DNA of 17,687 nucleotides, from the UHGV virus genome UHGV-0085586; one strand, written 5' to 3'. The notes under the pieces are model-generated. The model saw only the letters and a program-made list of their open reading frames with translations, was not told where the DNA came from and did no database searches. The DNA comes from a virus. This document shows, in pieces, positions 7,830 to 14,655 of the stretch; position 1 is the stretch's first letter; each line of letters begins with the position of its first letter. The translations under genes were made by a program, and so were the position numbers.

Positions 7830-8129
7830 GATGGCAGCCTCCGTATGCAATGGATAACTTCCACCACCGGAGCTGCGAAACTCATGGGTGGTGAACTGAA
7901 CAGGGTTCGCAGTACCGGCGCATACGGAAACCGGCGAGCCTTTCGGCTCCCCTGCCCAGCCCACCATAATTCTGGCGTGCGTGAGCGCGGACGATAAAAA
8001 AGACGCTGGCGCGTCATATATCGCCGTATGCAATTCCGGGCTGCGACCCCCGGCACCCGCTTTATAAGGTGCAGAGACAGTGTAACGTCCCGAAATTGCA
8101 GAATCAATATTTGGTCTTGAAATGATCAT
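7830..8129 (-). promoter_or_regulatory. Structured leader copy B (paralogous to copy A, altered pairing specificity)
   Basis: Same architecture: promoter-like TTGATT-17-TACACT (plus 8102-8107 / 8079-8084), terminator hairpin + U6 (7996-8015), GAAA hairpin (7936-7949). The three elements read GCAUACGG (8024-8031 and 7841-7848) versus CCGUAUGC (7920-7927). Confidence 0.6.
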
Positions 8130-8213
8130 ATAGCTGCTGATATCTTTAGAACTGTTCTTGGATGTTTCGGAGCCGTTTTATGCGAAACAGCTCCCCGTTA
8201 TTGATGTTGAGTG

Positions 8214-8238
8214 AGCCGGGTTACTCCCGGCTTTTTTT
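8214..8238 (+). terminator. Plus-strand-oriented intrinsic terminator-like hairpin between antirepressor genes (orphan)
   Basis: Stem agccggg (8214-8220) / cccggct (8226-8232), loop ttact, followed by T7 on the plus strand (8232-8238). On the minus strand an A-run precedes it, so it is not a minus-strand terminator. A second hairpin lies at 8168-8195. Confidence 0.4.
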
Positions 8239-8945
8239 CACCGCTGCCAACCAATAACCTGAAATAACCCCATTTTCGGGTGATACCAGCGAGTCCCTCG
8301 CGGTTCTGCTTCCTCCATAACCCGATAAAAAGCAGCCATAAACGGTTCCACAGCAACAATTGCGCGACGTGACAACAATCCGTCCGGCGTCATGAACTCA
8401 TGTGTATCTGTAGGAATTTGATAGGCGTTCACCAGATTGCGGCATTTATCATCTGACAAACCGGTTTTTGCTTTCAGTTGGCGATATCCGGCATAGCCCT
8501 CACGAATAGTGCCCTTTTTAATTTGCTCGACTGTTTCAGCAACGTGGCTGACTTTTTCTTCCACCTGAGTGATCCGTTTCTGTTGGCGAACGGCTTCAAG
8601 AGCCATCGCGGCAACCATTTCGATTTCGCTCATTGGCTTACGGATCTGTTCTTCCAGTTCGCGCCAGCGATCTACCAGGCGAGCTGTGAATTCAGGACAG
8701 AGCTGTGCGACGACAATGATGCTGTCGCGCTTACCTTGTTCACCTTCGAATACATACGCGCTAGAAAATCGGCGAGGCCCAAGTGATTGTTTATTCTCAA
8801 TTTCCACAGTCTGTGGAAATTGGATGATTCCCTTTTTAGCCAGTGTTTCAATAGTTCTCTTAACACTATCTGGTCGGCTTCCCACCAGCTCTGCGATCTC
8901 AACGCTGGTCATGGATGCTTTGCCGTTAAAAATTGCGGTGTTCAT
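8238..8945 (-). CDS. Phage regulatory protein, Rha/antirepressor family with C-terminal extension, copy 1
   Basis: 235 aa; ATG at 8943-8945 (minus), 7 nt after AGGAGA. N-terminal MTSVEIAELVGSRPDSVKRTIETL... and ...VVAQLCPEFTARLVDRWRELEEQ resemble phage antirepressor DNA-binding domains. Confidence 0.75.
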   Translation of the reverse strand: MNTAIFNGKASMTSVEIAELVGSRPDSVKRTIETLAKKGIIQFPQTVEIENKQSLGPRRFSSAYVFEGEQGKRDSIIVVAQLCPEFTARLVDRWRELEEQIRKPMSEIEMVAAMALEAVRQQKRITQVEEKVSHVAETVEQIKKGTIREGYAGYRQLKAKTGLSDDKCRNLVNAYQIPTDTHEFMTPDGLLSRRAIVAVEPFMAAFYRVMEEAEPRGTRWYHPKMGLFQVIGWQR

Positions 8946-9169
8946 TGTTGGTCTCCTGTGGGCTTGTCATCTTCTGTATTCGCTAGACTTGGGTGTGTAT
9001 ATGGAATGCTCGGATCCAGATGACAAAGAATGGCAACATCCTCCGGAACACCTCGCGTTTTCCACTTTCCAACACCTTGACTGCCACGAGGCCTTCCTTT
9101 CTTTGGGAACCTGCGACCAATAGCGGCATTGGTTTTAAATTGAATTTTTAATATTTCATAAAGGGTCAT
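8942..9169 (-). CDS. Small first gene of the early-right operon (Cro position; function unverified)
   Basis: 75 aa; ATG at 9167-9169 (minus); stop overlaps the Rha copy 1 start (ATGA). Basic, partly low-complexity; no clear helix-turn-helix, so the Cro call is positional only. Confidence 0.4.
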   Translation of the reverse strand: MTLYEILKIQFKTNAAIGRRFPKKGRPRGSQGVGKWKTRGVPEDVAILCHLDPSIPYTHPSLANTEDDKPTGDQQ

Positions 9170-9186
9170 TCTTTAGTCTCACACCA

Positions 9187-9258
9187 GATACTTTGTTATC
9201 CAACGATGTTAACCACAGGAATCCAAAGTATCAAGAAATTCTGTTACTTTAGTATCAA
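9187..9258. promoter_or_regulatory. OR-like divergent promoter/operator region between the Cro-position gene and the repressor
   Basis: Three copies of A(A/G)GTATCA: 9187-9195 (inverted), 9226-9233, 9251-9258. Palindrome AAGTATCA-N8-TGTTACTT at 9226-9249. Minus-strand pR candidate TTGATA(9229-9234)-17-TAACAT(9206-9211). Confidence 0.45.
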
Positions 9259-9280
9259 CAACCATGAGAGGAGAAGAAAA

Positions 9281-9937
9281 ATGAAGTCTTTAGGTGAACG
9301 TCTCATCAACGCACGGCAAAAAGCTGGGTTAACACAAGATGCGTTGGCTAAAAAAGCTGGGATCACCAGAGTTGCAATCAGTAAAGCCGAGCAAGGCCTT
9401 ACAAAAAGTTTCAACGGTGACACCCTTTTTAAAGTTGCAGCTGCACTGCGGTGTTCACCGCAGTGGCTTCAGAACGGAGATGAAAAAGATAAGCATTGGG
9501 AAAATAATGTTAAGAGCTGCCCACAGAGAGACACAGCACACTCTTACCCTGTAATTAACTGGGTTCAGGCAGGATTATTCGCAACTTCTGGTGATGACTA
9601 CAACATGTATGATCAGGATAATTGGAGGCATTCTGTAAAATACGCTGGTGAGAGGGGGTTCTGGCTGGAAGTGCACGGAGACTCAATGACTTCGCCCGTA
9701 GGAATAACATTTCCTGAAGGAATGTCGATCCTTGTCAACCCAGATAAAGAAGTTTTTTCAGGGTGTTACGTCATCGCCAGAAAAAAATCCACCAATGAAG
9801 CAACATTCAAAAAATATATTTCTGACATGGGAAAGGCGTTTCTAAAGCCCCTTAATCCACAATATCCAATCATAGAAATGGACAATGATTGCGAAATAGT
9901 AGGTGTTGTGGTTGATGCCAGGTGGGATATTTTCTGA
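9281..9937 (+). CDS. cI-type prophage repressor, HTH-XRE N-domain + S24 (LexA-like) autopeptidase C-domain
   Basis: 218 aa from ATG 9281, after gagaggagaag. HTH (LTQDALAKKAGITRVAISKAEQG); Ala-Gly cleavage site (VQAGLF); Ser nucleophile in GDSM and downstream Lys (ARKKS). The track ORF starts at 9206 in the leader. Confidence 0.9.
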   Translation: MKSLGERLINARQKAGLTQDALAKKAGITRVAISKAEQGLTKSFNGDTLFKVAAALRCSPQWLQNGDEKDKHWENNVKSCPQRDTAHSYPVINWVQAGLFATSGDDYNMYDQDNWRHSVKYAGERGFWLEVHGDSMTSPVGITFPEGMSILVNPDKEVFSGCYVIARKKSTNEATFKKYISDMGKAFLKPLNPQYPIIEMDNDCEIVGVVVDARWDIF

Positions 9938-9964
9938 CCAGACACAAAACACAAAAAGAAACCA

Positions 9965-10036
9965 AAGTATCAAAAATCACTTGCCACACCTTGATACCTT
10001 AGTTACCATAAAACAAAGTTCGTAACTGAGGTATCA
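9965..10036. promoter_or_regulatory. OL-like operator/promoter region downstream of the repressor gene
   Basis: Same motif: aagtatca 9965-9972, inverted ttgatacc 9991-9998, aggtatca 10029-10036, directly upstream of the first early-left gene. Confidence 0.4.
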
Positions 10037-10040
10037 TCTC

Positions 10041-10457
10041 ATGATCAATAAAGCTACAACTCTTGACTGTCTCGAAGAACTGAAAAACCTCGGCAGCCTC
10101 ATTACACTAATAGCAAAAGCAACACCTGATGCTACGCTCTCTAGCGATATAGAGTCATGCGCAGGACTGGCATGGGATATGACAAATAGCATATCCAGAA
10201 AGCTATCGTCAGCAATGCTTTTACAGAATAAAAATTCTGCAATCAACAACCGTCTTCGCACCCAACGCGAAGCCTGCGGCTTAACAACCGCCGAACTCGC
10301 CAGGCTGCTCGATCTCGATGAAGAAATTATCATCCAGTGGGAGAGCGGAGAGTATGAACCAACTATCAGTATGCTTATCCCACTGGCAAATATTCTTGGC
10401 TGCGATCCGATGTGGCTGTTAACTGGTAAACCAACAGGTGGAGATACTTGCGCATGA
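10041..10457 (+). CDS. Two-domain protein with C-terminal HTH-XRE DNA-binding domain (138 aa)
   Basis: ATG at 10041. C-terminal region NNRLRTQREACGLTTAELARLLDLDEEIIIQWESGEYEPTISMLIPLANILGCDPMWLLTG is a canonical XRE HTH; N-terminal ~65 aa helical, unknown. First gene after the OL-like site. Confidence 0.7.
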   Translation: MINKATTLDCLEELKNLGSLITLIAKATPDATLSSDIESCAGLAWDMTNSISRKLSSAMLLQNKNSAINNRLRTQREACGLTTAELARLLDLDEEIIIQWESGEYEPTISMLIPLANILGCDPMWLLTGKPTGGDTCA

Positions 10458-10696
10458 AAAACTGTGATGCTTACCATATTTGTCTCATTGGTGAATTGCT
10501 TGATTTCATACAAAAAAGCACTGCGCGCAATAATAAAAATATAACATATGGTGATCTGGTAATAATTTCAGAGGATATAAAGAGCATCGCTCTTAAATTC
10601 AAGAGCGACGCGAGTATTGATGACGCTATTTACGCTTATCTTGCGAAAATAATTGACGGATCCAAAATCCAGCCTCTGGATGAACCTCGTCAGTGA
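10454..10696 (+). CDS. Hypothetical protein (80 aa), translationally coupled to the XRE protein
   Basis: ATG 10454-10456 overlaps the upstream stop (ATGA); the track start at 10448 is TTG. 3' end overlaps the convergent minus ORF by ~70 nt. Confidence 0.5.
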   Translation: MKNCDAYHICLIGELLDFIQKSTARNNKNITYGDLVIISEDIKSIALKFKSDASIDDAIYAYLAKIIDGSKIQPLDEPRQ

Positions 10697-10853
10697 AAAA
10701 CTCCTTTGATGAAGATAAGAACTGCTTCATAAACTTTACTTTATCTTCAGGTGAAACTACCTGACGAATTAATGCGGAGATAGCAACTTTGTGCCAAATT
10801 AATTCTTTTTTGAGTTCTGAAATCTCTTTTTCGAGTTGCTCTGCGTTAATCAT
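10626..10853 (-). CDS. Hypothetical small protein (75 aa), convergent with its own promoter and leader
   Basis: ATG 10851-10853 (minus) preceded by AUGGAGGAUAA (GGAGG 5 nt upstream). Upstream minus-strand TTGAGA-17-GATAAT (plus 10968-10973 / 10945-10950) and a leader hairpin (plus ~10888-10910) followed by CCCAUUUUCAAUU. Confidence 0.5.
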   Translation of the reverse strand: MINAEQLEKEISELKKELIWHKVAISALIRQVVSPEDKVKFMKQFLSSSKEFFTDEVHPEAGFWIRQLFSQDKRK

Positions 10854-11032
10854 TTATCCTCCATTGAGAGCTGAATTGAAAATGGGGACCAACACGCGGC
10901 TACGTGTGGTCGTGCGCCGGACACGGATAAGCATCCGGTAACTGATTATCAATCATTGCGGAAACAGTCTCAATATGAAAACACTTCTGAGACTCGCTAT
11001 ATAGCAGGACATATAAGTCAGCTGAGGAAGCC

Positions 11033-11398
11033 ATGAAAAAGTTCGAAAACATAACTGTTCTCCATGTTGATGACTTTGATTATACAAACCCGGAACTTCT
11101 CCCGGAGGTTGTAAAGGCAATAAATGTTGCCGATATAGTGATTAGAGAAAAGAGAATTGTCAAAAACAGGCTCGCATGCACTTCAGGAGCAATGACAGAA
11201 ACAACCTCACAGCAAGATAATTACGAAGGCATTTGTCTGGAGCCTGATTCATTTGCGGTAAATGTTTATCATTTATTGCATGCAACACAGGTATTACATA
11301 TGTCCAGTAATCACGAAACGAAAACACTCGGCAGCGAAATTCTGAGTTTTGCATGTGAGTATACAAAAGCTGCTGCCGAAAAAGAATTAGCGCAATAA
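11033..11398 (+). CDS. Hypothetical protein (121 aa)
   Basis: ATG 11033 after gctgaggaagcc; stop TAA 11396-11398. No motif recognised. Confidence 0.6.
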   Translation: MKKFENITVLHVDDFDYTNPELLPEVVKAINVADIVIREKRIVKNRLACTSGAMTETTSQQDNYEGICLEPDSFAVNVYHLLHATQVLHMSSNHETKTLGSEILSFACEYTKAAAEKELAQ

Positions 11399-11592
11399 CA
11401 ACAAATATGCCCTGAACGTTTATTGCGGTTTTATCGCCGGGGATTGTTACAACCTTAATCCACAGGAGGCTTTATTGTGACTTTTATAAAGAATATGGCA
11501 TCACACAAGACCGCCTGCCTTATTGCACAATACGGTGAAAATTACATGCATATTGCCTGCTTATTTCTGCGTAAAGCATACGGGAGATAATA

Positions 11593-11793
11593 ATGCATCA
11601 GAAAACAGCAGAACACGAACAAACCAGAGTATTGCTGACCATCAAAAACGGGAAAGTAATATTCATTCGCCATGTTCATGACGATGAACATGTAGGAACT
11701 CTTTCAACATTCCTGTTTATTGCAGAAAAGGCAGGATATGACGTTATTGCACCAGCAGATGAAGATGAAGATGAAGATGAGGATGAGGAATAA
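11593..11793 (+). CDS. Hypothetical small protein with poly-acidic C-terminal tail (66 aa)
   Basis: ATG 11593 after cgggagataata; C-terminus ADEDEDEDEDEE encoded by a (GAAGAT)n-like repeat at ~11759-11790. Confidence 0.6.
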   Translation: MHQKTAEHEQTRVLLTIKNGKVIFIRHVHDDEHVGTLSTFLFIAEKAGYDVIAPADEDEDEDEDEE

Positions 11794-11798
11794 ATATC

Positions 11799-12380
11799 AT
11801 GCAATACGATGAATTCCAGGCTGAAGCAACAGCCAATGGTATACGAACTGGCAGTATGACGATTGATTATCACGACGCCATACGTCGTCTGGATGCCGGA
11901 GAATTCGATACTCCTAATGTGCGAGGTTTACGTATCCTTCAGTGTCTGGCGCAAGCCGACGAAGCAGGATTACTGGGTAAACTTCCGGTTGAGATGAAGG
12001 TTGCTCAGTGGCGATGGTTGTATGTGACGACATTCATCAACGAAGAAGAAGACAAGAACGGCACAATTGATATCCTGAATGAACACGGAACAACTGAACA
12101 CGCCGTGGTATATAACGGGATGTATGGGTTTATGACGATATATCCCGGCCCCATTCGATTTGCCTTACAACAGTATATTGAATGGAATTTAATTCAAAAA
12201 TACGGCGAAGCTGAAGGAATGGGAAGAGCGCTGTTTCTTTATCAGAAAATGCTCACTACTTCCCCTGATAAAGGTTTCATTCTTTCAGATATGGGTCGAG
12301 AAGGGCTTGAAATCCTTCTGGATGAAATTATTAACGAAATGAATACTCATGGCATGCAATCCGAAACAGATATTAAGTAA
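11799..12380 (+). CDS. Hypothetical protein (193 aa)
   Basis: ATG 11799, 5 nt after the upstream stop; tight operon packing. No motif recognised. Confidence 0.65.
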   Translation: MQYDEFQAEATANGIRTGSMTIDYHDAIRRLDAGEFDTPNVRGLRILQCLAQADEAGLLGKLPVEMKVAQWRWLYVTTFINEEEDKNGTIDILNEHGTTEHAVVYNGMYGFMTIYPGPIRFALQQYIEWNLIQKYGEAEGMGRALFLYQKMLTTSPDKGFILSDMGREGLEILLDEIINEMNTHGMQSETDIK

Positions 12381-12390
12381 AAGGGACCAC

Positions 12391-12639
12391 ATGACCGTTA
12401 TCGAGTATATCCAGGAAAATCCAGATTGCAGTAGAGAAGATATATCCCTCGCACTTGGAAGAAGCGCAACTTCTATCAGTAATGAATTATCACGGTTATT
12501 GTGGAATGGGTTAATAGTACGAACTGGAGAAAAAAACAAAATGATTCTGTACTGCGTAAACAATCTGCCGTTTGGATACAGCAATCCCCTAAGTGTTATG
12601 TTCAACCAGTTACTTAAACAGGTAAGAAATGGCAACTGA
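12391..12639 (+). CDS. Small putative winged-helix DNA-binding protein (82 aa)
   Basis: ATG 12391; ...CSREDISLALGRSATSISNELSRLLWNGLIVRTGE... resembles a winged-helix/HTH motif. The track ORF begins at 12349 inside the previous gene. Confidence 0.55.
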   Translation: MTVIEYIQENPDCSREDISLALGRSATSISNELSRLLWNGLIVRTGEKNKMILYCVNNLPFGYSNPLSVMFNQLLKQVRNGN

Positions 12640-12919
12640 CTCACAACTAACCATAGAAACGGCCCTGAATGTCGGCCTGGCACTTCTCGGTTGGCTTTAC
12701 ATCATGTCCCGTACATGGCGATGGCTGGGTTCCATTTTCCTAAAACAGTGGAAAAAACGGCGCAAACAGGAACTACGCCAGAAGGCATTAGAAGCGTTCT
12801 ATGACGCATTTGAGCTTAGCCGCATTGAACCAGGTACAACAGCCAGGATAGCGACAAAAGGCGACCTGATGATAGTGATGTTCCGACAGGAGAGAGCAGA
12901 GAAAGGGGAATCAGCATGA
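12629..12919 (+). CDS. Small predicted membrane protein (96 aa, one TM helix)
   Basis: ATG 12629 overlaps the previous gene by 11 nt. Hydrophobic segment LNVGLALLGWLYIMS followed by a basic stretch (KQWKKRRKQELRQK). Confidence 0.5.
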   Translation: MATDSQLTIETALNVGLALLGWLYIMSRTWRWLGSIFLKQWKKRRKQELRQKALEAFYDAFELSRIEPGTTARIATKGDLMIVMFRQERAEKGESA

Positions 12920-13656
12920 AATTTTCCAAATTTTCTGAGTTGGTGAATCGTATTTTGTCCAACAACCACAGCCATCGTCGCGATATGGATGTAACGATCG
13001 TTGTTCATTCGCCTGGCAGCATTGGTTCAACACCCTCAGTTGAAGTTCAGTCAATTCACGCTGGTTTTGATTGGGATTCCGGGAAAGTGCTGATTTTCCC
13101 AGCACAGCCACTGACCACTCTAACACCAGAACAGATTACTGATATTACTGATAGTGTGCGCAAAGGTCAGTCCTGGCACGCATATCAGGAATACAAGAAG
13201 CATAAAGAGCAGTTGGAAAAATTATCGATTGAACTTGATGCCGCAAAACAGCGCATTGCAGAGCTGGAGGGTAATTTCACGGCGCTGGCAGCGGAGAATG
13301 CGGGAATAAAGTCTGCAATTCCAGAATCACGGGATATTGAAGATGACAATGACAATATGGATGACGTATCTCTCGCGGAAGACTTCGGGTTCAATCATGC
13401 AATAGGACGGATGAGGAGACAGATACCTGAAACGCCAACCACTGATGCTTTCCTGGCTGAAGTCCTGGCGCAGGGGGTGGATGCTGCTATAGAAGCTGCA
13501 AAAAATCTGGTGGCCCAAGAATATGAGTATAAGGATTTCAAAGCGGCGCAGAGTGATTGCTGTATGTACCCTGGTTCAGACCTGGTAGGGAAGGTTGAAA
13601 TGACTGAGTGGTTAGTTGACTTTGCTGCCCAGCTTCGCAAAGGAGGCAACCAGTGA
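12916..13656 (+). CDS. Hypothetical protein with central coiled-coil and acidic segment (246 aa)
   Basis: ATG 12916 overlaps the upstream stop (ATGA), after gagaaaggggaatcagc. Coiled-coil-like EQLEKLSIELDAAKQRIAELEGNF. Confidence 0.65.
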   Translation: MKFSKFSELVNRILSNNHSHRRDMDVTIVVHSPGSIGSTPSVEVQSIHAGFDWDSGKVLIFPAQPLTTLTPEQITDITDSVRKGQSWHAYQEYKKHKEQLEKLSIELDAAKQRIAELEGNFTALAAENAGIKSAIPESRDIEDDNDNMDDVSLAEDFGFNHAIGRMRRQIPETPTTDAFLAEVLAQGVDAAIEAAKNLVAQEYEYKDFKAAQSDCCMYPGSDLVGKVEMTEWLVDFAAQLRKGGNQ

Positions 13657-14138
13657 GCGAAATTAATTACCAGGCACTGCGTGAGGTGGCGGAACGTGCA
13701 ATTCCAGCAATGGAACGCCTGTTAATGTTGCCAGCTGATGATGACTTGTTAAGTGAACAGGAACTTAAAGATTACGGTGTGGATATTGATGCGCTCAACG
13801 CCTTCAAATTTCTGACCGGACCAGAAACCGTGCTGGCACTGCTGGATGAACGGGAAAGAAACCTGCAATACATCAAAAGCCGCGATCAGGAGAACGAGGA
13901 TATTGCGCTAACGGTAGGGAAGCTGCGCGTTGAGCTTGAAGCAGAAAAACAGCGGGCAAAAGTTCTATTTATGGAAAATGCTCGGCTTAAGTCAGGCATA
14001 GCCGGTCTGATACACCTCGGTATTCGATATGCAGATGTTGAGGTCATGAAAATTGCTGGAGATGCCCAGCTTTCTACCCCATGCACTGACAGCATCATAA
14101 ACAGCATTGCAACAGGCATTCGCATCAAAGGAGAGTGA
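13653..14138 (+). CDS. Ea22-like early-left accessory protein (161 aa)
   Basis: GTG start at 13653 preceded by AAGGAGG. N-terminus MSEINYQALREVAERA and ...LLDERERNLQYIKSRDQENEDIALTVGKLRVELE...GIRIKGE resemble my recollection of lambda Ea22-family proteins; unverified. Confidence 0.55.
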   Translation: MSEINYQALREVAERAIPAMERLLMLPADDDLLSEQELKDYGVDIDALNAFKFLTGPETVLALLDERERNLQYIKSRDQENEDIALTVGKLRVELEAEKQRAKVLFMENARLKSGIAGLIHLGIRYADVEVMKIAGDAQLSTPCTDSIINSIATGIRIKGE

Positions 14139-14139
14139 T

Positions 14140-14655
14140 ATGGCGTTAACACACCACGAACTCTGTCAGATTGCGTACAAGTTCCTTAAGCGCAACGGGT
14201 TCAAGGTTTGCTTTCATGACCGCTTTGTTGCTGTAACCAGTACCGGAGAACAGCCAGATGCTATGGGATTCAGAAATTCAGCATCATGCCTGATAGAGGC
14301 GAAGTGTTCTCGTGCTGACTTGTTGGCAGATAGAAAAAAGCGTTTCCGTAAAAATCCCTCACTTGGCATGGGCGACTGGCGATTCTTTATTAGTGAGCCG
14401 GAAATTATTTCAGTTGAGGATTTACCTCCCGGCTGGGGATTACTTCACGTTGTTAACGGAAGAGTACGGAAAGTACATGGATGGCCCAGGGGTAATTGCT
14501 GTTGGGGTAATCCTGACGATAAGCCATTTACTGGGAATAAGCAGGTTGAATGCGATTACATGTTATCTGCATTAAGGCGCATGGAGTTGAGAGGGCACCT
14601 TAATGAAATATATGACGGTGTGATTGTTAATAAGAAAGAAGGAAACGCGGCATGA
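14140..14655 (+). CDS. Hypothetical protein with PD-(D/E)xK nuclease-like motif (171 aa)
   Basis: ATG 14140 after aaggagagtgat. Motif order E (HELCQ) ... PD (GEQPDAMGF) ... ExK (LIEAKCS) with ~12-residue D-to-E spacing. The track ORF starts at TTG 14107. Confidence 0.6.
   Translation: MALTHHELCQIAYKFLKRNGFKVCFHDRFVAVTSTGEQPDAMGFRNSASCLIEAKCSRADLLADRKKRFRKNPSLGMGDWRFFISEPEIISVEDLPPGWGLLHVVNGRVRKVHGWPRGNCCWGNPDDKPFTGNKQVECDYMLSALRRMELRGHLNEIYDGVIVNKKEGNAA

Noticed and set aside
8478-9123. Plus-strand ORFs (8478..8786, 8569..9123, 8787..9023) overlapping the Rha-like gene and Cro-position gene
   Set aside because: Antisense to coupled minus-strand genes with good SD sequences; translations are Ser/Leu/Cys-rich with no motifs; no SD upstream.
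10034-10513. 159-aa minus-strand ORF antisense to the XRE-domain gene
   Set aside because: Ser-rich low-complexity translation, no SD; the plus-strand gene has a recognisable HTH domain and operon context.
9170-11032. LexA (SOS) box controlling antirepressor or cargo genes
   Set aside because: A manual scan found no convincing CTGT-N8-ACAG match in the intergenic regions I read closely. A position-weight-matrix scan is needed, so this is unconfirmed rather than excluded.
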